Source of the DNA: an uncultured Planctomycetaceae bacterium
GTDB lineage: Bacteria > Planctomycetota > Planctomycetia > Planctomycetales > Planctomycetaceae
Assembly (NCBI GenBank): GCA_963815195.1
Contig: CAWFGE010000024.1
Coordinates: forward strand, 1-64,000
Direction of reading: 5' to 3'
DNA: 64,000 nucleotides
Under the pieces are notes generated by a model. The model worked only from the letters and a program-made list of their open reading frames with translations, searched no databases and was not told where the DNA came from. Shown here one piece after another: positions 53,444 through 64,000 of this stretch; position 1 is the stretch's first letter, and each line of letters opens with the position of its first letter. A program made the translations under genes and the position numbers.

Positions 53444-55477
53444 ATGAAAAACATCACGTATTTGGCCCTCGGCGATAACCCGATTACCGAGGAAGGGTTG
53501 GCCTACCTGAAAGAGTTGCCCAAACTTGAGGATTTAGAACTGCGAGGATTGAGAATAGGTGAAGTCGGACTTGACCATCTCGCAAAGCTGCGCAACCTTC
53601 GCTATTTGCGTCTGTATTACCTGAAAGTGGATCAGGTCGCAAAACTCCACAAAGCGTTGCCCCATTGCAAAATCGAATGGGACGGCGGCGTGGTGGAAGC
53701 CATTGCAAGCACGAACGCCGACCGCCAGGCGGCCGAGTGGGTGCTTGGGCAAAAGGTAAATCACGTGGCAACTGGTATCGTGTCGCGGACGGATGTGCCA
53801 TTTACCGCATTGGAGGTCGCGGACCTGCCGAAGGAACCATTTCGCTTGGTCAGTCTAGGCTGGCCGAACCACACGCCGACCAAAAACGTGAATGAGGAGT
53901 TCGGGCAACTGTTGGCGAGTCTGCCCAAACTCGAAACGGTGCAGTTTTACGGCTCGGACGCCGACGATGCGTTTCTCAAAGCGGTCAGCAAAAGCCGAAC
54001 TTTGAAACACCTGCACGTTTCGGGAGCCAATGTGTCAGGGGGTCAGATCACAGATGAAGGGATCGTCCATCTTCGCGAACTCCGCACGCTGCGCTCGCTC
54101 AACCTCAATTTGAGCCCGGTGACCAATGTGTCACTCGCCGCCCTGGCGGAATTGTCCGCGCTTGAGGAACTGATTGTGTTTGGTACTCGCTGCACGAACA
54201 ACGGGGTAGAAAGTTTAAAAGCCTTGAAGAAACTTCGCCATTTGGAGATCGGATCACCCTATCTCACCGACTCCGCGCTGGAGACGATTTCCACCCTGAG
54301 TTCTCTGGAAGAACTCGCACTGACGTACGGCGGAAGCTACACAGATGAGGGAGTCGCGAAACTAGCCGCTCTGGTGAATTTGCGATCCTTGCATATTGAA
54401 GAGGGTCTGACAGGCGAATCGTATGTGGCGCTCGCAACGCTGCCAAACCTCGTCGAGTTGCGACTGAAGAACTGGGGTAATTCACACAAAGTCGAAAATC
54501 TGCCCGCCTTGGAGAAGTGCCCGAAATTGGAAAACCTGAGTCTCGACTTTCGCGATAAAGTTGCTGGCGATGTCGTCCCCTATCTCGCAAAGTTGCAGCG
54601 GCTCAAACTGCTCGATCTGAGACACACCAACTTTTCAGAAGAAACCTGCCAGCAACTGCACAAGGCCCTGCCCAAGTGCAAGATCAAATGGAACGGCGGC
54701 GTGGTGGAGCCGGAAACGGAATCGGCTGCTCTCGACCGCGAGATCGCCGCGTGGGTGCTTTCGCTCAATGGCCGCGTGGCCATCGAGACTGGTGAGAATC
54801 CGCCAAAGACGATTACCGATGTGAAGGAGTTGCCGATACAGTCATTCCGGCTGACCTTGGTTGATTTGCAGAACAACTACAAAGTCAAGAAACAGCCGAA
54901 GCCTGGGTATCAAACGGCGGTCAAAGACGACGACCTGGCGAAACTCAATGGGCTGGAGAATCTGACAACTCTGAACCTGGCTTATGCGGGCATCACCGAT
55001 GCGGGCCTCGCGCATCTCGCCAATTTGAAAAACCTCGAGTCGCTGGACTTGCATTTCACCCAATTGCGGGGACCGGGTTTGGAGCATTTGACGCGCCTGA
55101 AAAACCTGTCCACGCTGAACCTGGGCGGCACCCACGTGACGGGCGCGGGCTTCGCGCATCTTAAAGAGTTAACCAGCCTCAAGACTTTGCATTTGGGCCA
55201 GAAGCCCACGCAGTTCAGCGATGCCGACATGCTGCATCTCGCATCACTGCAAAACCTAACCCGGCTGCACTTAAACCAGACGAAGGTCTCGGACGAGGGG
55301 CTTGGTCATCTCAACCAACTCAAAAACTTGGAGAGATTGGACCTCAAAGAATCGCAAGTGACGGCCACGGGCATCAAAAAACTGCACCAAACGCTGCCTA
55401 ACTGCAAAATCGAATGGGACGGCGGCGTGGTGGGGCCGGCGGAACCTATGGATTCCGACCGCAAGGCGACGGAGTGA
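53444..55477 (+). CDS. Receptor kinase, part 3: LRR modules downstream of the IS
   Basis: LxxLxL/ITDAGL LRRs and LHKALPxCKIEWDGG junctions; in frame with part 2 once the IS and one TSD are removed (DDGLKSVVKMKNITYL). Confidence 0.88.
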   Translation: MKNITYLALGDNPITEEGLAYLKELPKLEDLELRGLRIGEVGLDHLAKLRNLRYLRLYYLKVDQVAKLHKALPHCKIEWDGGVVEAIASTNADRQAAEWVLGQKVNHVATGIVSRTDVPFTALEVADLPKEPFRLVSLGWPNHTPTKNVNEEFGQLLASLPKLETVQFYGSDADDAFLKAVSKSRTLKHLHVSGANVSGGQITDEGIVHLRELRTLRSLNLNLSPVTNVSLAALAELSALEELIVFGTRCTNNGVESLKALKKLRHLEIGSPYLTDSALETISTLSSLEELALTYGGSYTDEGVAKLAALVNLRSLHIEEGLTGESYVALATLPNLVELRLKNWGNSHKVENLPALEKCPKLENLSLDFRDKVAGDVVPYLAKLQRLKLLDLRHTNFSEETCQQLHKALPKCKIKWNGGVVEPETESAALDREIAAWVLSLNGRVAIETGENPPKTITDVKELPIQSFRLTLVDLQNNYKVKKQPKPGYQTAVKDDDLAKLNGLENLTTLNLAYAGITDAGLAHLANLKNLESLDLHFTQLRGPGLEHLTRLKNLSTLNLGGTHVTGAGFAHLKELTSLKTLHLGQKPTQFSDADMLHLASLQNLTRLHLNQTKVSDEGLGHLNQLKNLERLDLKESQVTATGIKKLHQTLPNCKIEWDGGVVGPAEPMDSDRKATE

Positions 55478-55553
55478 ATTCTCCTTGGCGGGAACCCGGC
55501 GCCCAATCACGGCGGGCCAATCGACGCCCCAGGGCAACAAGACCTAAGGCGGA

Positions 55554-56619
55554 TTAGCTGGCCGGCTCGCGCTTCTGGTCGGTTTCTTTGGGCCCCATGC
55601 GATAGAGCCGCACGAAGCCGTCGGCGTGGGCCACGGCCAATTGGGTTTTGTCGGGAAGCAGATCGAGCCCGCGGGCGGCGACTTTTCAGTTTGACGGTGT
55701 GAAACGGGGTTTCCTCCTCGGGCTTTGTGAACCAGAGTTCCCCCTTGCCGCTGCGATCGGCAATCGCTGCGATGAGGAGATTGTCCGGATGAAACCGCAC
55801 GCCCCAGGCGATGCCTTTGAGATTCGCGTCCGCAGACTTCACTTGCCGGCGAATCTTGCCCGTTTCCCAGTCGAACACGACGAGAATCGGGTCCTGGATC
55901 CCGGCGAAGGAGTTGACGACGTTCGTAATGCCCGCGCTGGCCCATTGGCCGCCGTCGGGGTGGAATTCGAGGTCGCGGGCTCCGCCCATGTCGGCGGCGA
56001 ATTTTTTGTCGTAGCCCGTCATCACGCTCGCATCGATGCTCTTGGTTCGCTGGCCGGATTTCAGATCCCAGATGTGAATCTGCCCCATCAGGTCTTCTGA
56101 AACCAGATGCTCGCCGTGGGGATGAAAATCCACCCCATACACGTGCCGATCGTGCCCCGCGAATTCGTGGAGGAGTTCCCCGTCGGCCAGGTTCCAGACT
56201 CTCACGAAGAGATCGTTTCCGCAGGTGGCGAGCTTTTCACCGTCCGGGCTGACGCGAACAAACCGCGCGGAGCCTTGATGGGCCTGAATCGTCCGGAGGG
56301 GTTTGGCTTCGGTTCCTGACGTGTCCCAAATGCGGATTTCTCCGCCCCAGCAGGCCGTCAGCATCCGCCGGCCGTCCGGCGTGAAATCGATCGAGCGAAC
56401 CCAGCTTTTGTGGCCTTTGAGGGTTTGCCGTTTGCCGCCCGCGAGGTTCCACATCTGCACATCGAGGTCTTCCGCGCCCGCGGCTACGAACCGGCCCGCC
56501 GGATCCGCGCGGAGCGTGGTCAGCGGCACCTCATGCTTGAACTCGCGGGTCGGATGCGTCGCTTTGGGATCGATCGCGGAGATTTTCGCCGCGATCGCTG
56601 CCGGGCTTTGCAGATTCAT
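55554..56619 (-). CDS. WD40-repeat protein
   Basis: GHKSWVRSIDF...IWD, AHQG...VWN, GHDRHVYGVDF...IWD; ATG 56619 overlaps the DUF1501 stop; tail frameshifted near 55680. Confidence 0.9.
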
Positions 56620-57881
56620 GTCAACAGCTCCTTGATCGGCCCGGCCGAGGGATCGCCGATCGGAATCGACCGTCCGGGCAGGTCGTGATCGGCCAGGGAA
56701 TCCAGGCCCACCGCTTGGAGGCAGGTGTGGAACAAATGGCGGGCGTCCACTTCGCGCTCGGCGACGGCGGTGCCCGTCTCGTTGGTTTTGCCGATCACGC
56801 CGCCGGGCTGGATGCCGCAGCCACCCAAGACAACCGACCACGCCGTGCCCCAGTGGTCGCGGCCATAGCGGACGTTGATTTTCGGAGTGCGGCCGAACTC
56901 CGAATGAATCAAAACCAACGTGCTTTCCAAAAGGCCCCGATCCTTCAAGTCATCCAGCAACATGGAAAAGGGTTGATCGAACTCACCCAACTGTTCCAGA
57001 TGAAAGTTGAAATTCTCCGCGTGCGAATCGTAGCCGTGGTGGGTGACTTTGACGCAGGTCACATCGTGTTCCAACAGCGTACGGGCCAGCAAACAGTAGC
57101 GGCCGAAGTCGTGCTTTCCGTACCGCTCCAGGTCTTTGTCCGAAGCAGCGCCCTCGAAGAGAGCCTTCTGATTCATGAGTTTGATCGCCTGTTGATGGGA
57201 CGCATCATAGGCTTCGGCGAGCGCCTTGGATCGCCCTTGGGTAAACCGTTGATTGAACAGCATCCGCAGTTGGTCGCGCCGCGCCGCGATCGAGGTGTCG
57301 AGTCCCTCGGGCGTGGCGAGATTGACAGGCGGCTTCACGCCTTCGAGTTTGAGTTGGCCGTACCGCGCCCCCAGGAAAGCCGCCCCGCCGCCCACGTCCT
57401 TGAGGCCGCGCGTCGAGATGTTGATGTAGCCCGGGAGTTCGGCCGTCGGCGAGGAGAGATATTTCGAGGCCACGGCTCCCAAATAGGGATACTCGCCGGC
57501 CCGCCGGCCCTTTTCCATAAACTGCCGGCCTTGTTCGTGGTCGTTGATTTTGATGTTGACGCTCCGCACGATCGAAAGCCAATGCATGCGGCGGGCGGTG
57601 TGAGGCAGCAATTCGGAAATGTGAATGCCCGGAACCGAAGTCGGGATCGCTTGGAACGGCCCGCCATGGACAGTGCCCGGCTTCGGATCCCAGGATTCCA
57701 ACTGGCTCACCCCGCCTTGCAGGAAAACTTGCAGAATCCGCTTTTGCCGGCGCTTGAGTTCTTGAGCCTGGCCGGCGCCGCCCAGGAGGCCCAGGCCGAC
57801 CGCCCCCGCCGCCGTCCCCGCCAGGAACTGCCGTCGTGCCACCACATGGTCGATCGGCTGGCATCCTCGGTTTCTTCGCAT
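56616..57881 (-). CDS. DUF1501 family protein, Tat-exported
   Basis: ARRQFL twin-arginine signal; FLQGGVSQLESWDPKP, YDSH, SEFGRTP, GRDHW. Confidence 0.93.
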   Translation of the reverse strand: MRRNRGCQPIDHVVARRQFLAGTAAGAVGLGLLGGAGQAQELKRRQKRILQVFLQGGVSQLESWDPKPGTVHGGPFQAIPTSVPGIHISELLPHTARRMHWLSIVRSVNIKINDHEQGRQFMEKGRRAGEYPYLGAVASKYLSSPTAELPGYINISTRGLKDVGGGAAFLGARYGQLKLEGVKPPVNLATPEGLDTSIAARRDQLRMLFNQRFTQGRSKALAEAYDASHQQAIKLMNQKALFEGAASDKDLERYGKHDFGRYCLLARTLLEHDVTCVKVTHHGYDSHAENFNFHLEQLGEFDQPFSMLLDDLKDRGLLESTLVLIHSEFGRTPKINVRYGRDHWGTAWSVVLGGCGIQPGGVIGKTNETGTAVAEREVDARHLFHTCLQAVGLDSLADHDLPGRSIPIGDPSAGPIKELLT

Positions 57882-57927
57882 GGTGTGCCTTCGCTTTCTG
57901 ATGGCTTTGAGACCCTTTTTGCCAGCC

Positions 57928-59610
57928 CTAATGATTCAACCGAAACTCGGTCGAGCATAATGCCGCCCACACGAGCTGCCGAATGGCCGTCTCGCGGTCG
58001 GTTTGATTGTCTTCCAAAAACTGAGTGATTTGTTGAACTTCCTCGGCTTCCAGCCGCCGGGAAAATACCGAAAGGTAAAATTCCTCCGCCAACTGCGGGC
58101 CATCCAAGCCCTTAAGGCGAGCCGTCAAGTTCTGGCCGCTCGGCGCCAGCCAGCTTTGCAGCAACGGGTTGTTTCGCAGGAATAATGCCTGATTGGCCGA
58201 GGCATTAAACTGCGAAGTTTGCACGCCTTGGACACCGAAAATGCCGGCAAAGGTGTTCCACATGGCCTTTCAATGCCTCATGCAAGGCCTCTTCCTGCCA
58301 AACGGGGTCGTCCACGGGCGGCGGAATCCTTGGGGATCTTTCTTCTGGGCCTGGGCTTTGAGGTTTTCCAGCGTTTGAGCCGTCAGCCCCGTCGCCTGCA
58401 TCATGGACCAGGCGAGTTGCTCGGGCGACAACGGTTTGAGCAAGGCCACCGCGAAGCGGTCCTCGTTCACGCCCTCGGCTCCCTGCGGGCATCGGCTGCT
58501 CCGCTGATAGGTGTTCGTCAATGCCAATTCCCGCAACAGAAATCGCAGGTCGTAACCGTGTTCGTGCAGGCTGTCGGCCAAGAGTTTCAATAACTCGGGA
58601 TGGGAAGGCGGGTTGGCCGCGTGCCACATGTCGACGGGCTCCACGAAGCCGCGGCCCATCATCATCGCCCACATCCGGTTGGCGATATTTTGCCGAAATG
58701 CCGTGTTCGAAGGGTCGAGCATCTCGTCGGCCAATTTCAGCCGCCGGCTGTAAATCGGCACGCCCCGCTGTTTCTTGTCCGGTTTGATGTGATAAGGATC
58801 GCCCGCCACCGCAGGGTCGGGAATCGCCGGCCGGTCCAACAACCGCGGCGGCGTTTCTCCAGATTCGTTGGTAAACACCGACGTGAATTTGACCAGGCCC
58901 TCGGCCTTTTCGCCGATGGAGGCCTGTTTGGTTTTCGGATCGGTGAAGAGGGAGGCGCGATGCAGAAAGGCAGAGAGCCCGTAGTAGTGGCGCTGCAAAT
59001 AGTCTCCGATGAGCGGATGGTCGTGGCATTGGGCACATTGCAGATCCCGCCCCAAAAAGATCCGCCCCACATCCCGCGTGACATCATCGATTTTCAGTTC
59101 ACGGTCCAGGAAAAACTTCGCGGCCGGCCGGGTCTTCGGATCGCTGCCGTCCGCCGTCAGGATCTCCCGGACCAGTTGGTCCCAAGGCTTGTTTTCCGCG
59201 AACGACTGCCGGAGATAGTTTTCCCACTCCTCGGCTTTGATGTGCTTATCCGGCCGGCGTTCCATCAGCATCGTGTCGAACACGTATTGCATCCGGCGGG
59301 CATATTCGGGCGAAGCGAGCAAGCGGTCGATCAGGCGAGCGCATCGGCCGGGAGCATCCGCCAAAAACTCGCGGGTTTGCTCGGCGGTGGGAATCCGGCC
59401 CGCCAGATCAAGAAAAATACGTCTCACAAAGGCCGCATCGCCGCAATCCAGGGCCGCCGTTTTTTCAAACTCCGCCGTGCCAACCCCAATCGCGGCATCG
59501 ATCTGCACATGAAGCGGGACCTCCTCAGCCGACGCACGGACAGCGGCCAAAACAAAAACGGCAGCCAAGGAAGCGACTTTGCAGCAGTTGTCCAGAGACA
59601 TCGATCGCAA
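57928..59610 (-). CDS. DUF1549/DUF1553 planctomycete cytochrome-like protein
   Basis: Signal peptide; FVRRIFLDLAGRIP, CAQCHDHP (CxxCH), NRMWAMMMGRG.VEPVD, NPPSHPELL, QALFLRN, EFRLNH; indels near 58260-58310. Confidence 0.9.
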
Positions 59611-59987
59611 GCATTCTCGATGAGGCAGGGCGGGTCGTCACATAGAGATGAGTTTATCCGAAACCAGGGCCGGAAACCAAGTGAACCAGCCTGGGAAAAG
59701 TGGGTTTCGCAACCAAGGACTAACCGACCTGTGTGGCGAACGCTCACGTTCTCAACCTGCTTCGGTCACATCGACCGAGCCGACATCGGGGTGACACGGA
59801 ATTCCCTTCATTTAAACCCAACAGCCTACTGCAACGACGGCAGTCCTTCGCATCCTCGGTCGACCGCATCCGTTCCAGCAACCATTGCCGGCTCTTGCGT
59901 GAGAGCTGCAAATCCATTGTGGTATCCTCCTGTGCCGGAGGATACCAATCAAAAACCGAGGCTGTCAAAAAACTTTTGCGTGCCCGC

Positions 59988-61815
59988 TTAGATCGGCTTG
60001 GGACCTGGGGGAGGAACCGGGATGAGGAGTTCTTCGAAGATCGAGTCACCGTTCTGGCTGATCGCGGTGCCGTCGAGCTCCAAGGTGCCGGCGAGCGCCT
60101 TGTAGATCCCCGTGCCCAGCCCGCTGCCGGCCTGGTTGCCGGCGAAGATGCTATCGATGATGGAGGCCGTGCCGGCGTCGACGTAAAGGCCACCCCCATT
60201 ACGGCTGGCGGCGTTGGAGGCGAAGAGCGATCCGCTGACGGTTAAGTCGCCCCCCTTGTTATAGATTCCGCCGCCGTCTTGACGGGCGGTGTTCTGGCTA
60301 AGGTGGCTGTTAATGATGCTCGATTCACTCGACGAACTGAAGATTCCCCCTCCGTTTCTTCCCGCCAAATTGCCCGTGATGCTGGAGCCGGTCACAATCA
60401 TTTGCCCTCCAGGGAGAAGGCTATAACTGAATATCCCTCCCCCGTCTCGTCCCGCCGAATTTCCGGACACGATAGAATCCGTCAGTTCGAGGGCCGCGCC
60501 GAAGAATGAGCCACTCGCGATTCCCCCACCGTCTTGACTGGCCGAGTTCTCAACGATCGAGGAGTCGCTAACTTTAATGCGCCCGGCGTTGAAAATGCCG
60601 CCGCCGTTAAGCGCCTCATTGCCCGAAATGACAGATTGATTGACTTCCAACTCCTCGGAAAAGCCCGTGTTGAAGAGGCCGCCACCGAAACGGGCGGAGT
60701 TACCGGAAATCGTCGAGTCCGCCAAGGTGATCAGATTGTCGTTTCGAATACCGCCCCCGTTGCGATTTGCGGAATTGCCTGAAACGGTTGAATTCGCAAT
60801 CTCAATGTTACCGCGGTTATGAATTCCGCCGCCTCCATCGGAATTGGAACTGCTGAGGCTTGAGTTGTCCAAAACGGAGGAATTGGTCAATGACATCACT
60901 CCGTCGTTCCGGATTCCACCTCCACTTCCGCGTTTCGCGGTGTTTCCCGAGCTCGTCAATCCCGTCAGCGTCATGGTTCCACCGCTGAAGATTCCACCGC
61001 CAGAGAATTCCGCCGTATTGCCCGAGATTGTGGTATTGATCAACGTTGCATCGCCGCTGTTGTAAATGCCGCCCCCAAAAAAGCCTGCGGAGTTTCCGGA
61101 GACCGACGAATCGATCAGGGTGACATCGTCGCTGTCGGTGTCAATCCCGCCGCCGGATCGACCGGCTGTGTTGCCCGTGACGGTCGAGCCCGTCAATGTC
61201 AGAGTTCCTCGGTTGTAAATCCCGCCGCCGGCGCCATAGACGGGTCTCGTAACCGTAGTAGCCGTAGCTGAAGTATGCCGAGTTGTTGGTGACCGTTGAG
61301 CCGCTGAGAGTCAGCGTACCTCGGTTGTAAATCCCACCGCCATAGCCAGAGACCGAGTTGCCCGAGACGGTCGAGCCGATCAGTGTCAGGTTTCCAGAGT
61401 TATGGATGCCCCCACCGTAGAAATTTGCCCCACCGGTCAGCGTCATCCCCGTGAGAGTTGCTTTACTGACAGATGTGACAAAGAGCACACTTCCGCTGCC
61501 GCCGGCATCGATCGTATTCACGCCGGGAGTGGCTTCGATTGCGACATCGCCCGAAGCGTCACTGATGACCAACGTGCCGAACTCCAAATCGAGAATCCCG
61601 GAAAGTTCATCGGCGAAAGTGATCGCGTCGTCTCCGGGATTTGCAGCGGCCTGGCCGATCGCCTCGCGAAGGCTGGTGGTGTTATTGTCGCCGACTTCAT
61701 CGACAAGTGTGTCGACGACGATGGTCAGCAATTTGCGGGACTCGAGCACTTCCACGCTGTGCGGAACCACGGATTGGGATCGGCGACGAGATGACCGGGC
61801 GCGTTTGGTTTTCAT
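59988..61815 (-). CDS. LEPR-XLL-leader protein with CSLREA-like motif and Pmp-like GGxI beta-helix repeats
   Basis: MKTKRARSSRRR...VEVLESRKLL; TSLREAI; many GGGIxN/SGNxA repeats; ORFs 61141-61815 and 59988-61196 joined by an indel near 61240. Confidence 0.85.
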
Positions 61816-61910
61816 GAGGTCTCACTTTCGTAGCGAATAAGAGGACAAGTCAACCGGCCAAAACGATGGACCGGAACGGACTCACGTAACGACAAAGTTG
61901 TCAATCAATT

Positions 61911-63157
61911 TCAACGAGACGATCCCGCCGTTTCGGTGGGTTCGTGAAATTCCACATTTTCCAACTCATGCTGCGCGGACTTCTCACTGACGGAATCATC
62001 GGAATTTTGTGTGGACTCAGAGGCTTGCGTTTCGCTCTCAGTGGGGCCGCCATCAACCTCCGCCATACATTCGTCCGGCAGGACATAGGCGTGCCTTAGC
62101 AGGTCCACGGTTTCATTCAGCAATTCTGGTTGCCGGCGTCCGGGCAAAACTCGGATGGCGAAGATTTCATTCACGCCGCTCGTAAACTTCAGGAAGGAAA
62201 CGACCCGTCCGGTTTCCAGGTGTACCACGTAAACTCCGCAGGTCCGCTCCTCCAGGCGATCCACCAAGGGGATGCCGCTGAAAATGGCGCTCTCGCGGAC
62301 TTGCGACAATCCCACGAAGGCGAAGGGCCCGAAAAAGTCGATTCCGCGGGTGAATCCGGGCAACTCGCAGATCTTCTCATATTTCCCCGTCGCGAGATCC
62401 ACGTGGCCCAGGCTGCCGTCGCCGCTCTCCAGCAGCCAGAGTTTGCCGTCGTAAAGCCGGGGCGAATGCGGCATCGACAGGCCTTGGAGCAGCACTTCGT
62501 TTCCAGGAATATCCATCAGCACGCCGCCCCGGGCCTTCGTCTCACGCCAGCCGCCGGCGGTGTTGCTCGTGCCGAGCGCCGTGGCATACTTGGGGACGCC
62601 GTCGACCAACGCCAGACCATTGAGATGGCAGCGGTCCTCAGGCGCCAGGGAGGAGATAAAAGGCGGCCGCCAGTGGGGCACGAAACTGCAGTCTTCCCGC
62701 AGTGTGCACAGGCAATTGAAGCGGGTGTTAATCAGCCACAGCTTGCCTTCGGGGGTGTACTCCATTTCGTGAATATCAATGTCGCCGGTAATATGCGAGC
62801 GCCTGGGAAGGTAGCACGCATCATGCTGACCGGCGGGTTCGATTTTCGCGGCCACGGCCGGGTTATCGCGAAACTCCCAGACTTGCACACCGCAGCCAAC
62901 CGCCAGACGATCACCCAAGGTCGCCATGCCCATCGGCCGATCAAAGGTGCGGAAATGCGTATTGAGATGGTCGCCCGCGGATCGGAGGAAAACCAACCGG
63001 CCGGCCTGGTAGGTCGTGACGGCCACCGAAATCCCCAACTCCTCGAGCAAGTTCGGGAAGTTCTTGGTGTGGCGCTCGCCAAAGGCTTGGAGTGGCCTGA
63101 GGATTCATTGTTCGCGGCTTCGTCTATGGTGGGCTTGTCCAAGTTTGCGCGTAACAT
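61911..63157 (-). CDS. TIGR03032 (DUF4915) family protein
   Basis: TTYQAG, RPMG, TGDIDIHE, NTRFNCL, EDRCHLNGLA, LSMPHSPR, GFTRG, VGLSQVRE. The N-terminus is probably in ORF 62732-63286 (ATG 63157, indel near 63075). Confidence 0.9.
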
Positions 63158-63320
63158 CAGCAGTCTCCCGGTGTGAGGGATTGAGTGAAAATCGGCCGGT
63201 GGCGATTGGGTCACGCCAGCGGGTTGCGAATCGTCCGGATTCATGAATGCGCGGAAAAGCCCGATTCCAGCCCAGGTATCCTTCAACTTTTCCGAATTGA
63301 TTCCGAATCAACATCAGCGG

Positions 63321-63393
63321 CCAAGTCGCTCGCTGCCGGTTTTCCGGTCAGACCGGCGGCTAGCGCCTTGCCGCTCACTGAAATGCGACTTGG
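63321..63393. repeat. REP-like nested palindromic element
   Basis: Outer IR CCAAGTCGC/GCGACTTGG; inner 9-bp stem GCTGCCGGT/ACCGGCGGC; minus-strand GAGCGGCAAGGCGCTAGCCGC hairpin. Confidence 0.5.
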
Positions 63394-63404
63394 GAGTCAG
63401 CCTT

Positions 63405-64000
63405 TTACAGCAGAGCCAGCAAGTCATCGTCGAACACGTTCAGCCCGAGGTCGTCGCTGATTTCCGTGATGATCTCGTTTGCGGCAGCAATCAGGGAGTC
63501 CGCCTCATCATCACTCAGCCGCACGCCGCGCTGTTCTTCCACCTTGTCGATGAAGGATATCAGCTTGCCGATCGCCGCTTCGTCGTTGTCCGGGTTGCCG
63601 TCTTCGAGCTTTTTGATCGCTCCAGCGAGTTCCCTGAGCAGACCCTTATCAATCCCTGTGGGCAATTCCAGGGCCTCGACGTCCCCAATCAGGTTCCCGA
63701 TCGCCGCCAGCGGGCTGAGCACCGTCCAGGTGAAACTGGCGGGCGTCAGATCGACGTTCCCCGCCCCGTCGATGGCCCGAACTTGGAGTGTATGGGAACC
63801 ATCCGCGAGGCCCGTCAGGTTCAGGGAAGTTGTGGCATCCAAAAACTCCTCACCATCGAGACTGTACTGGAACGTGCTGCCGGCCTCATTGGAGTTGAAC
63901 GTGAAGCTCATCGCTTCCGAAAGGGTGGAACCGCTCTCGCCGATTGCCACGCCTTTTCCATCGCTGGCCGAATCGATCGTCGTTTCCGGCGGGGTCGTAT
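63405..64000 (-). CDS. C-terminal end of a larger protein: Ig-like domain plus helical C-terminal domain (partial, runs off window)
   Basis: TTPPETTIDS...FQYSLDG...LADGSHTLQVRAIDGAGNVDLTPASFTWTV, then a helical FIMAH-like segment; frame open to the window edge. Confidence 0.8.
   Translation of the reverse strand, partial: TTPPETTIDSASDGKGVAIGESGSTLSEAMSFTFNSNEAGSTFQYSLDGEEFLDATTSLNLTGLADGSHTLQVRAIDGAGNVDLTPASFTWTVLSPLAAIGNLIGDVEALELPTGIDKGLLRELAGAIKKLEDGNPDNDEAAIGKLISFIDKVEEQRGVRLSDDEADSLIAAANEIITEISDDLGLNVFDDDLLALL

Overview
GC-rich bacterial DNA, most likely Planctomycetota (LEPR-XLL leader proteins, DUF1549/DUF1553-DUF1501 module, ECF sigma plus Ser/Thr kinase pair, methyltransferase/PQQ-propeller protein). 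Many genes are split by small indels, probably long-read assembly errors. In order: an ISKra4-like IS (1-1565); a ~1,300-aa MTase/PQQ-beta-propeller/LamG protein; a 10-gene minus-strand operon for an unusual nucleotide sugar or polyol; a short stretch of gene relics (XPB helicase, WD40); a ~19-kb gene for a ~6,350-aa secreted beta-helix/LamG/C-type lectin/PKD/RTX/metalloprotease protein; a hypothetical protein; a hemolysin-III family gene; an RNA-chaperone operon (structured leader, RRM protein, DEAD-box helicase, small basic protein with a probable ATC start); a SWIM+SNF2 module flanked by an 82%-identical direct repeat of an ECF 5' end; an ECF sigma factor with a ~2,190-aa modular LamG/LRR receptor kinase interrupted by a 1,496-bp IS701-like element; a DUF1549/1553-DUF1501-WD40 operon; and a LEPR-XLL GGxI-repeat protein, a TIGR03032 protein and the end of an Ig-domain protein. 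I saw no rRNA, tRNA or CRISPR array. Family assignments come from motif recognition only; no database search was run.
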